Source: Centroscyllium fabricii
Taxonomy: Eukaryota
Assembly (NCBI GenBank): GCA_051313645.2
Contig: JBNRSN020000024.1
Location: 40,920,001 to 40,984,000 of the forward strand
Length of the DNA stretch: 64,000 nt
Direction: 5' to 3'
Position 1 is the first letter of the stretch; each line of letters starts with the position of its first letter. Shown piece after piece: positions 10,612 through 21,524 of the stretch. Made by a program: the position numbers and the translations under genes. Below the pieces are notes generated by a model that was given only the letters and a program-made list of their open reading frames with translations, had not been told where the DNA came from and ran no database searches.

Positions 10612-13600
10612 ATGGTGAACCCAAGAAACCAAGCTCCACGAACGCAGGGAGCTGGACAGAACGCCAGACGTGGACTAACTCTACCCGAGTTCTGGGAGCA
10701 ACGGCCAGCGGCCTGGTTCATGTGCATTGAGACCAGCTGCCGCACACATGGCATCCAAGGGGACGACCGCTACGACCTGGTGTTCTCAGCCCTACCACAG
10801 ACAACAATTGATCGGATGTGGTCAAAAATACAGCGCGTGCCCGTCGCAGGTAGGTATGAAACGCTTAAGGCCGCGCTAAAAATGTTTTTTACCCCCTCCC
10901 AATTTGAGCGCGACTGCCAGCTCCTTGACCTCCCCGAGCTCAGGGACGCAGACCCATCGGACCTCTTAGGTCAGATGCAAGCGCTCACACCCAACTCGGC
11001 CTCCCTCTTCCGCACCGTCTTCCTCCTTAAACTGCCCCGCGCCATCAGACCGGCCTTGGCGGCCCTTGGCCACCGGAGCGATGACGAGCTCGGAGAGGAG
11101 GCCGACAGGCTCATGGAGGCGCAGCGCACCCGCTCAACCACGTGCGACCCTAACTCCGCATCGGTAGAGCGCAGCCAATCACCCCCCAGGCATAAGTTTA
11201 CGCCTGAACCTAGGGCCCCGCGCCCGCCTAGACAACCGCGTCCCTCTAGCACCGGCTGGTGCTACTACCACACGCGGTTCGAACACAAAGCGCACCGCTG
11301 CGTCCAGCCATGCGCGTTTAAGCCACGGCCCAACTCAGCCCCCACTATGTCTGTAGGCCACACAGGAGCACTGCTCTTCACCACAGACAGCGGCACAGGC
11401 CTCAGGTTCCTCTGCGACACAGGCACGCAGCACAGCATCGTGCCAGCCTCCCCTGCAGAAACCAAACGAGGTACCCGGGGCCCGCCACTAGCGGCAGCCA
11501 ACGGCTCCAATATAAAAACGTACGGCACCCGCAAATTAACTATTACCCTTGCAAGCCACGCGTACACCTGGGATTTTGTAACGGCCCAGGTCACTTCACC
11601 CCTCCTCGGGGCAGACTTCCTCTGCGCCTACAGCCTACTGGTCGATGTAACTCGGCGCCACTTGGTAAATATAAATACCATGACGACCATCCCATGCTCC
11701 ACAGGGCCCGCACTCCTGACCCACGCGGCAGCCCAATGCCGCTCCAGGGACTCCGATGCCTACAGCACACTCCTGGCAGAGTTCCCCGCCCTAACCAAAC
11801 CCACGTTCACCGCCCGCAAGGCCAAACATGGGGTGGAACATTTTATAACTACCACAGGTCCACCCGTCCATGCCCAGGCCTGCAGGCTCGACCCGGCCAA
11901 GCAGGCAATCGCGCGCACCGAGTTCCGCACCATGGAGCAACTCGGCATTATCCGCCGCTCCAGCAGCCCTTGGTCCTCTCCGCTCCATATAGCCCCCAAG
12001 CCCGACGGAGGCTGGCGCCCCTGAGGCGACTACCGCCGCCGTAACAACGCCACCACCCCGGATAGGTACCCCGTACCCCACATCCAGGATTTTTCCACCA
12101 GATTAGCGGGTTGCACGATCTTCTCCAAGATCGACCTGGTGCGTGGCTACCACCAGGTTCCGGTGCACCCGGCGGACATTCCTAAAATGGCCGTTATCAC
12201 CCCCTTCGGACTCTTCGAGTTCCTGAGGATGCCCTTCGGCCTTAAAAACGCGGCCCAGGCCTTCCAGCGCCTCATGGACTCGGTCCTACGTGACTTGAAG
12301 TTCATTTTCGTCTATTTAGACGACATCCTCATGGCCAGCACCTCCCCGCAGGAACACCACCTGCACCTCAGGACCCTGTTCCAACGCCTTACCGAACACA
12401 GCCTTATCTTAAGCCCCACTAAATGCAAATTCGGCCTCGAGACCATTGACTTCCTCGGCCACCGCATTTCCCAAACAGGGGCCATACCCCTGCCCTCTAA
12501 GGTGCAGGCGGTACAAGAATTCCCCCGCCCACACTCCATTAAAGGGCTGCAGGAATTCTTAGGCATGGTTAATTTTTATAACCGCTTTATCCCGGGAGCA
12601 GCCGCTCTCATGGCCCCCTTATACCAGGCCACCCGCAGGCAGTCCAATAAGGCTGCAGTCGAGTGGACGGCCGACGCCGCCACCGCCGTCACCGCAACCA
12701 AAACCGCCCTGGCAAACGCCACCCTCCTAGCCCACCCTAGGTCCAACGCCAGAGTAGCCCTCACCACCGACGCCTCCGACCACGCGGTCAGGGCCGTATT
12801 TGAGCAGTGGACCGGCAACTCGTGGCAGCCCCTGGCCTTTTTCAGCTGGCAACTCTGACCCCCAGAGGTTAAATACAGCGCCTTTGATAGGGAGCTACTC
12901 GCTCTCCATCTGGCGGTGCGACATTTTCGTTTCCTCTTGGAGGGCCTCCACTTTACAGCCTTCAGCGACCACAAGCCACTCACGTTTGCGATGGCTAAGG
13001 TCGCTGAACCCTGGTCGGCCAGGCAGCAGCGCCAACTCGCGGCCGTGTCGGAATTTACAACCGACATCCAGCACATTTCCGGCCGCGACAACGTGGTCGC
13101 TGACTGCCTCTCACGCCCCACCATTAACGCCGCCCAAATGGCGGTCGATTACGCCCAGCTGGCCGCTGACCAGCTGGCCGACCCCGACCTACTCAACGCA
13201 GCAACCAATCTCCCCGGCCTCCACTTGGCCAATATCGCGCACGGCCCCGCCGCCACCGTCGTCTGCTGCGACGTATCCTTACCGCAACCCAGGCCAGTCG
13301 TACCCCACGCTTGGAGGCGACACATATTTAGGACCCTCCATGACCTGTCCCACCCCGGCGCCCGCGCGTCCATTAAGTTAATATCGGCCCGATTCGTATG
13401 GCGCGGCCTGCGCAAGGACGTCCGCGCCTGGGCCAGCTCCTGCATAGCCTGCCAGCGCTCCAAAGTGCATAAGCACATCAGGGCACCGCTGGAAAATTTT
13501 AAAGTACCGGCCAGGCGTTTTGACCATGTCCACATCGATCTCGTCGGGCCACTACCGCCATCCCGGGGCCACACGCACCTAATGACCATGGTCAACCGCA

Positions 13601-14502
13601 ACACTCGCTGGCCAGAAACAGTCCCCCTCACCGCCACCGGCACCACGGACTTGGCCAGGGCGTCCATCGCCACCTGGGTCGCCCGCTTCGGCGTGCCCAC
13701 AGACATCACCACCGACAGAGGACCCCAGTTTACGTCGGCATTATGGGCGGCCATCGCCCGCGACCTTGGGGTGACACTACACCGAACCACCGCATACCAC
13801 CCACAGGCAAACGGCCTATGCGAACGGTTCCACCGCTCGATGAAGGCATCACTACGGGCCACGCTAAAAGACGCATCGTGGACCGACCGCCTTCCATGGG
13901 TCCTCCTCGGGCTGCGCTCGGCAGTCAAAGAAGACCTTAACGCCTCGGCAGCGGAGCTCGTCTACGGCCAAACTTTAACGGTGCCAGGCGAGTTCCTGGC
14001 TGAGCCCAACGCTCCCTGGTCAGCCGACCAGTATTTAAAAGACTTCGCCAACCCGGCATGAGCTTTCCAGCCACTACCAGTGGCCCGGCACGGAGAGCCG
14101 GCAGCTCGGGTACCTGACCACATTAAAAATGCGAAATTCGTGTTCGTCCGGCGCGATGGACACCGATCTCCACTACAGCCACCTTACGATGGCCCCTACA
14201 GAGTGCTTTGGGCGGGAGCTAAAGCTTTCGAGTTACAAATGGGCAACAGGACTGACACTGTGACAATAGACCGGCTCAAGCCGGCACACGTGATAGCGGG
14301 TGAGACTACGGTCCCCGCACAACCACCACAACGCGGTCGCCCTCCCGCAACAAAGCCCGCCCACACTCCACCGCAGAACCAGGAGCAACGAACAACACGG
14401 TCCGGCCGCATCATCCGGCTGCCCCAACGGCACAACATAGACTCTGTCACTATTCCTCCCGGACGGATTCTGGGGGGAGCTGTGTGGCGGCACGCCCACT
14501 AA
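10612..14502 (+). pseudogene. gag-pol: Single-frame gag-pol with three in-frame TGA stops (12022, 12856, 14059)
   Basis: The four ORF segments share one frame: FLCDTG (PR), YLDD (RT), TDAS (RH), HIDLVGPLP/TDRG/GLCERFH (IN), PPYDGPY (GPY/F). Confidence 0.92.
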
Positions 14503-16266
14503 GACATCGAATCCGCCATGGGGACTCCGCGGAGCAAAGCACCGCTCATCCGGGTGACGCGACGACGTCACCACGTCGGCCGACGCGATGACGTCACCAA
14601 CCGCGGGACTGTTTAAATATGATTGCTGCGAGTGGTTCACTCTCTTTCTTGTTTTGACTTAGTGTAATAAAGCTGTGTTTTCTCTAGCTCTGGCTCACGT
14701 GTGGTTCCTAGGCCTGCCGGCGCTACAACTGTGTGTTATCAGAGTCTGTGGTGTTTATATTCACTGTGTGTGTTATCAGAGTCTGTGGTGTTTATAGTCA
14801 CTGTGTGTTATCAGAGTCTGTGGTGTTTATATTCACTGTGTGTTATCAGAGTCTGTGGTGTTTATATTCACTGTGTGATATCAGAGCCTGTGGTGTTTAT
14901 ATTGACTGTGTGTTATCAGAGTCTGTGGTGTTTATATTGACTGTGTGTTATCAGAGTCTGTGGTGTTTATATTCACTGTGTGTTATCAGAGCCTGTGGTG
15001 TTTATATTGACTGTGTGTTATCAGAGTCTGTGGTGTTTATATTCACTGTGTGTGTTATCAGAGTCTGTGGTGTTTATATTGACTGTGTGTTATCAGAGTC
15101 TGTGGTGTTTATATTCACTGTGTGTGTTATCAGAGCCTGTGGTGTTTATATTGACTGTGTGTTATCAGAGTCTGTGGTGTTTATATTCACTGTGTGTGTT
15201 ATCAGAGCCTGTGGTGTTTATATTGACTGTGTGTTATCAGAGTCTGTGGTGTTTATATTCACTGTGTGTGTTATCAGAGCCTGTGGTGTTTATATTGACT
15301 GTGTGTTATCAGAGTCTGTGGTGTTTATATTCACTGTGTGTGTTATCAGAGTCTGTGGTGTTTATATTCACTGTGTGTGTTATCAGAGTCTGTGGTGTTT
15401 ATATTCACTGTGTGTTATCAGAGTCTGTGGTGTTTATATTCACTGTGTGTTATCAGAGTCTGTGGTGTTTATATTCACTGTGTGTTATCAGAGTCTGTGG
15501 TGTTTATATTCACTGTGTGTTATCAGAGCCTGTGGTGTTTATATTGACTGTGTGTTATCAGAGCCTGTGGTGTTTATATTGACTGTGTGTTATCAGAGTC
15601 TGTGGTGTTTATATTCACTGTGTGTTATCAGAGTCTGTGGTGTTTATATTCACTGTGTGTTATCAGAGTCTGTGGTGTTTATATTCACTGGGGGGAAAAT
15701 TCAGTTGGTTGTCCTGCTAAGGCACTAACGGGGGTCTAAAGCAACTAGTGCCCGGGAGCGGCGAGTTTAGCGCTGCTTGGGAAATTGACTCGGCATTTTG
15801 TGGCGGCGCTAAGCACTACCGCCACGATCTCCTGCGCTGGCAGATGGTGACGTCATTGGAGTGCGCAACGCCCCAGTAGCGCCCCGGATCGGATATTGAG
15901 TGCCGCTAGCAACGACAGGTTGAGGGGAGCATACTGCAGTCAGAAAGGGACTGGGGGAGCGCTATTTAAAGGTGACTGCTTCCTGCCTTTTTTTGTTGGT
16001 GACGTTTTTGCACCACGCATTCTGAGAGAGTGAGAGAGAGAGACTTCTGGAGAGATTCAATGCTGTGTGAAGGAGTTTTGGGTACTGAGCAGCACTTTGC
16101 AGGTTCATTTTGATTTGCCCTTCCTTGTATCGATTTAGAGGAGAATTTCCCTGGGACTCTCCATTGTTCTTCCCAGCAGATTTGATGTACCTGTCTCTCT
16201 AGGCCGAGATTCAAGGCTGCAATGAGCAGGATGTGGATGGAGAGCAAGATCAACCCTCCCCTTTAA

Positions 16267-16367
16267 GATAAAAACAGAAAATGCTGGAGAAACTCAGCAG
16301 GTGACGCAGCATCTGTGAAGAGAGAAACAGAGTTAACGTTTCAGGTCGATGACCATTCGTCAGAACT
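16267..16367 (-). mobile_element. Short Penelope-like element (family B) terminal fragment
   Basis: AAAACAGAAAATGCTGGA..AACTCAGCAGG...GAGAGAAACAGAGTTAACGTTTCAGGTC also terminates the GIY-YIG-bearing copy at 26718-27299; flanked by CTCC(C)TTTAA duplication. Confidence 0.8.
16331..16367 (-). ncRNA. Minimal hammerhead ribozyme motif (family B, intact core)
   Basis: Minus strand AGTT-CTGACGA-ATGGTC-ATC-GACCT-GAAA-CG-TT-AACT: CUGANGA and GAAA boxes, stem I AGTT/AACT, stem II GGTC/GACC, palindromic ACGT stem III, GUU site. Confidence 0.75.
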
Positions 16368-16672
16368 CTCCTTTAACAATTGGACGGTGCCAGTGTGTCT
16401 GTGTTCCATTGCTGACTGACATCACATGAGCTTTGCCAGCGCTCTGAGGTAACGCCTCGCTCCTCAGACTTTGCGCCTTAACAGAGGTGTGTAGCGCCTG
16501 ATTTAGCGCGACAATCACTTCCAGGGGCGAGAAAACCCAAGTTTGCTGTTGGTGGCACTAATTTGCGCCAGGCGCTAAATTTAGCGCTGCGCCGACTATC
16601 GCGCCCCAACCGTGGCGATACCGAATGTTTCCCCACTGTGTCTTATCAGAGTCTGTGGTGTTTATATTCACT

Positions 16673-17409
16673 GGGGGAAGAATTGGGTTGCTTGCACCAG
16701 CCGTTAGCGCATTGAGGTGGCTAATAATGGGGTGCAAGGCACCTAGCGCCTGGGCTGGCACCTCCCGTCATATTCAGCGGGGCGTTGGCGGTGGCGGCAG
16801 CCGGTAGCGCCACGCCGCCGGCGATGACTTCATTGCCGTGCGCAGCGGCTCGCTCGCCCCCCGGCCTCTAACTTCGCTCGTGCCCCCTAACTTAACGCCG
16901 GACGCTGGCACCGACAGCGTCAGGGGGACGCAGATGCAGCCGGCCAGCGTTATTTAAAGGGGGAGTGGCAGGCGGCCATTTTTCTTGCTGGCTGCCTGCC
17001 AGCACCTGCCCCCTCTGCCGTCCCCGGCCTTCCCCGATGCCCACCCGCGGAGTGCTGGCTGTGCTCTGTGGGCCCGGCACTTCTCTCAAGTGCCGGGCCC
17101 CTTTGGCGGCACGCCGACCCACGGCAGTCCATCGGGGCTCCGGGCTGCACCATGCTAGGCCACTCCCGATTAAGAAGGGGAAGGAGACCTGTAGTGCGCG
17201 GCGTGCTGCAGAGCGTGGCGCAGCAACCTACAGTGGCCGAAATTGAGTTGTTGCGCCCAAGGAACGAGGTGGGGCGCCTGCAGGAGCACCCCACCCACCT
17301 CCTACTAGGGGTGTTAAAACCCAATTATAGGCGCATCGGCGCAAACTTTGTTAGGGCTCTAATATCTGAGGTTAGCACCCCAAATGGGGCACAACCCAAT
17401 TTTTCCCCC
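16673..17409. mobile_element. MITE, PIF/Harbinger-like, TSD ACT
   Basis: 18-bp TIR GGGGGAAGAATTGGGTTG / CAACCCAATTTTTCCCCC (1 mismatch); shorter relative at 56767-57202. Confidence 0.85.
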
Positions 17410-17469
17410 ACTGTGTCTTATCAGAGTCTGTGGTGTTTATATTCACTGTGTTTGTTATCAGAGTCTGTG

Positions 17470-17782
17470 ATCATAGAATCATAGAATCCCTACAGTGCAG
17501 ATAGAGGCCATTTCGGCCCATCGAGCCTGCACCGACACATATCCCACCCTATCCCCGTAACCCCACATATTTAATCCCCCTAACACTAAGGGTCAATTTA
17601 TCCTGGTCAATCAACCTAACCCGCACATCTTTGGACTGTGGGAGGAAACCGGAGCACCCGGCGGAAACCCACTCAGACACGGGAAGAATGTGCAAACTCC
17701 ACACAGATAGTCACCCGAGGCCGGATTTGAACACGGGCCCCTAGCGCTGTGATGCAACAGTGCTAACCGCTATGCCACCGTG
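17470..17782 (-). mobile_element. tRNA-derived V-SINE (HE1-like) with CR1-type tail
   Basis: Pol III A/B-box-like head, V domain GTGGAGTTTGCACATTC..GGGTTTC..CCGGTTTCCTCCCACAGTCCAAAGATGTG, tail GGGATTCTATGATTCTATGA. Confidence 0.88.
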
Positions 17783-18862
17783 TGGTGTTTATATTCACTG
17801 TGTCTTATCAGAGACTGTGGTGTTTATATTCACTGTGTCTTATCAGAGACTGTGGTGTTTATATTCACTGTGTCTTATCAGAGACTGTGGTGTTTATATT
17901 CACTGTGTCTTATCAGAGACTGTGGTGTTTATATTCACTGTGTGTGTTATCAGAGTCTGTGGTGTTTATTTTCACTTTGTTTTATGAGAGTCTGTGGTGT
18001 TTATGTTCACTATATGTTTTAGCAGAATCTGTGGTGTTTATATTCACCGTGTGTGTTATCAGTGCCTGTACCGTTTATATTCACTGTGTGTTGTAGAGTC
18101 TGTGGTGTTTATATTCACATTGCGGGGTAATCAGAAAGCCTGTGGTGTTTATATTTGCTTTGTGTGTTATCAGTACCTGTGGTGTTTATATTCACATTGT
18201 GAGGTTATCAGAACCTGTGGTGTTTATATTCACTGTGTGTGTGTTGGCGTGCCTGTGGTGTTTATATTCACTGTGTGTGTGTTGGAGAGCCTGTGGTGTT
18301 TCATGCTGGTGCAAAAATTGCCCAATGGTCTCCTTGCAACATTTCATTTTGGGATTGCACATATAGCATTATGCATATTAAATCTGAGAGCTTGGACTGG
18401 TTCCAAATAAAACTACCCTGTTTAGATTATGATAGGGATCGAGCATTGACGCCGTAGCAATCTGAAATTGGCAATTTTGTATTAATTTGCAAGTTTCATG
18501 AATGGAACAACCTGTGAGTTTGGATATGGTTTTCACTTCATTTTGTCAGCTGGCTGTCCAATACATGTGGAAACCCATCCCCACGTTTAACAATCTCTAA
18601 GCCAAGTTGTACAGGCTTGCATGGTTATCTGCAGCCAAGTGGGAAGAATCCCAGCTCCCCGGTGACAGGTCTGCAGCTCTGCTTCGATTAGTGAGTCAGG
18701 CTGTCTGGTCAAACTTTGTGAGTGGCCTGGCTGACCTTGCACCTGCTTGGGTCAGATATTGGATTAGCAAACCAGCCGCAGAAGTCTGACTCTCTTCCCA
18801 ACTTCCACCCAAGGCATGTCATCATGGAGCCACCGTAACCCCAAAAAGACCAGACCTAGATT

Positions 18863-20015
18863 CATAGAAACATAGTAGATAGGAGCAGGAGTAGACCATT
18901 CGGTCCCCCGAGCCTGCTCCACCATTTGATGAGATCATGGCTGATCATCCAATCTCAGTACCCCGTACCTGCCTTCTCCCAATATCCCTTGATACCATTA
19001 GCTCTAAGAAATACTCCTTCTTGAATATATTTAATGACTTGGCCTCAACTACATTCTGTGGTAGAGAATTCCACAGGTTCACCACTCTCTGGGTGAAGAA
19101 ATTCTTCCTCATCTCTGTCCTAAATGGCTTACCCCTTATCCTTAGACTGTGACCCCTGGTTCTGGACTCTCCGACCATCGGGAACATTCTTCCTGCATCT
19201 AGTTTGTCCAGACCTGTCAGAATTTTATAAGTTTCGATGAGATCCCCTCTCATTCTTCTAAACTCCAGCGAGTATAAGCCCAATCAACCCAATCTCCCCT
19301 CATACGTCATTCCTGCCATCCCAGGTATCAGCCTTGTGAATCTTCGCTGAACTCCTTCCATGGCAAGAACATCCTTCCTCAGATAACGTGACCAAAACTG
19401 CACACAGTACTTAAGGTGTGGTCTCACCAAGGCCCTGTACAACTGCAGCAAGACATCCTTGTTCCTGTACTCAAACCCTTTCGCTATGAAGGCCAACATA
19501 CCATTTGCCTTCTTGTCCGCCTGCAGCACCTGCATGCTTACCTTCAGCGACTGGTGCACAAGGACACCCAGGTCTCGTTGCACTTCCCCTTCTCCCAATC
19601 TATTTCCATTCAGATAATAGTCTGCGTTTCTGTTTTTGACACCAAAGTGGATAACCTCGCATTTATTCACGTTATATTGCATCTGCCAAGCTTCTGCCCA
19701 ATCACCCAACCTGTCCAAATCATCCTGGAGTTTCTCGGTATCCTCCTCGCAGCACACACGCCCACCCAGCTTTGTGTCGTCTGCAAACTTGGTGATATTA
19801 CATCTAGTTCCCTCATCTAGATCATTAATGTATATTGTGAATAGCTGGGGTTCAAGGACCGATCCCTGCAGTACTCCACTAGTCACTGCCTGCCACTCGG
19901 AAAAAGACCCGTTAATTCCTACTCTCTGCTTTCTGTCCGCCAACCGGTTCTCCATCCAAGTCAATACCTTGCCCCCAATCCCATGTGCCTTAACTTTATA
20001 CGCTAATCTCTTATG
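18863..20015 (-). mobile_element. CR1 LINE 3' fragment
   Basis: RT C-terminal peptides (KQRVGING, FADD, YRALVRPHL, FFTQRVVNLWN) and CTATGTTTCTATG tail. Confidence 0.92.
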
Positions 20016-20473
20016 CCACCAAACAGGTTAGTCATTGGTTGGTCATTGGACATTGGACAAGCATTGGTTTGAGCCCCTCGCTTGGCAGGGAGAAAATGCC
20101 AGAAGCTCTTCTGAAACAGGATGGAAAGGCAGTAGAATTCACCATAATATATGCATGAGTGCATTGCCACCATACTGTAACGTCTTGCGTTGATCTCAGA
20201 TGGCAGTCGAAATGGCTCGATTGCCATGATGCAAGTGTTTTCTTTGACAGGTGTTAAAATCTGATCACATAAAAGCTGTCCTACGCACAATCGCGCCTAC
20301 AGGACTGTCAAAACACATCTTTGTTGTAAAGGTGGCAGTGGTAGTTTCAATTTGTCATTGCAAATGACATGAGACAGATGCAATTACAAAAGAAACATCT
20401 GAAGAAGTGTTTATATTGGCACGGTTTTAATTTGGATTCCAGAGACTTCTGTCCACGAGTTTGCCCCTGCTGA

Positions 20474-21030
20474 AGGCCCTGTCACACCTAGACGTTTTAG
20501 CCAGCATATGCAAATTTGGCTAAAACGCTGGGTTACGTCGGATACGTTATGGGTACGTTATGCATACGTTAAGAGCACGCTGGCATACGCTGGCCATAAG
20601 TTGCATACGTCGTTGTACTTCGAGTAAGTCGAGAAATTTTGAGCATGCACAAAATTTCTCCACGTATCTTGCGTATGATTCACACGTTCCGCATACGCTG
20701 GCCATACGTTGTAGGCACGTTAGGCGATCGTTGACACACGTCGACACACGTTACTTGTAAGTTATTCATAAGTCAAAAGACGTCGAGATAATTTCTAAGC
20801 GTACCCGGAACTTATTTCTAACCTATGAGTAACGTGCTTTGAACCTATGTGTAACGTATCTCCAACGCATATTTACGACCACAGAACTTACTGAACGTGT
20901 TTGCTACCGTATAATACGTATACGTCCAACTCGTTATGAATACGCTATTGAACGCCCAAAGTTCAGCGTAACCCAGCGTTTTAGCCAAATTTGCATATGC
21001 TGGCTAAAACGTCTAGGTGTGACAGGGCCT
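20474..21030. mobile_element. PIF/Harbinger-type MITE with about 65-bp TIRs
   Basis: AGGCCCTGTCACACCTAGACG... / ...CGTCTAGGTGTGACAGGGCCT; flanks TGA/TTA; second copy at 51857-52423. Confidence 0.9.
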
Positions 21031-21364
21031 TTAGTCTAGCCTGCCCACTGCTTAGCCCCGGCTGTATTCGATCAGAGGCAGATTCATTGGCCCACAATAT
21101 TATGGGTCTGCAATTCTGCCACGAGGATTACTAAATCAGATTTAGCAGCGTAAATTCCAGGAGCTGACTCACGGACACCAATCTTCTAGAATCCAAATTA
21201 AAATGATACCAATATGGAAAGCAGCTTTAGGCTGTTTGAAATTCATACGAGCCCTCTTCTTTAAAACTGACTCCACAATAATGGATTCAAATCAGGTCAG
21301 TGTAATTAGATTGAATTGAATTCTTTGTTGCCTCCAGCCCTGCTTTTTAAATTTAAGTTTGGGC

Positions 21365-21524
21365 AAACATAGAAACATAGAAGATAGGAGCAGGAGTAGG
21401 CCATTCGGCCCCTCAAGCCTGCTCTGCCATTTAATGAGATCATGGCTGATCATCCAAATTCAGTACCCTGTCCCTGCCTTCTCCCCATACCCCTTGATCG
21501 CTTTAGCCTTAAGAAATATATCTA
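21365..21524 (-). mobile_element. CR1 3'-end fragment
   Basis: Near-identical to the 3' end of the CR1 starting at 21679. Confidence 0.8.

Larger units (their letters stand above)
10280..14727 (+). mobile_element. Full-length young Gypsy LTR retrotransposon, CsRn1-clade-like
   Basis: 245-bp LTRs 10280-10524 and 14483-14727 (2 differences); 4-bp TSD ACTG; tRNA-Trp PBS; G-rich PPT at 14472-14479; CHCC Gag knuckle WCYYHTRF..KAHRC..PC. Confidence 0.95.
15690..16634. mobile_element. MITE, PIF/Harbinger-like, TSD ACT
   Basis: Ends GGGGGGAAAATTCAGT / ACCGAATGTTTCCCC; ACT duplicated in satellite register; hosts a Penelope fragment at 16267-16367. Confidence 0.78.
1092..18300. repeat. 35-bp GT-rich tandem satellite (consensus ACTGTGTGTTATCAGAGTCTGTGGTGTTTATATTC; 33/35/37-bp variants), fragmented by TE insertions
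   Basis: Blocks at about 1092-1269, 8229-8631, 8885-9195, 10004-10279, 14728-15689, 16635-16672, 17410-17469 and 17783-18300; units degrade toward the right end. Confidence 0.95.

Noticed and set aside
12576-13928. Long antisense ORFs over pol
   Set aside because: Expected shadow ORFs of GC-rich coding sequence.
12022-14061. Programmed readthrough or selenocysteine at three in-frame TGA codons
   Set aside because: They fall inside RT, RNase H and integrase regions at positions consistent with simple TGC/CGA>TGA mutation, not at a gag-pol boundary.
14733-15728. Long Cys/Val-rich ORFs (also 8150-9418, 10069-10299, 17760-18457)
   Set aside because: Translations of the stop-poor satellite in several frames.
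1092-18300. 35-bp repeats interleaved with foreign DNA, superficially CRISPR-like
   Set aside because: Repeats are head-to-tail with no unique spacers, the inserts are kb-scale TEs with TSDs, there are no cas genes, and the DNA is vertebrate.
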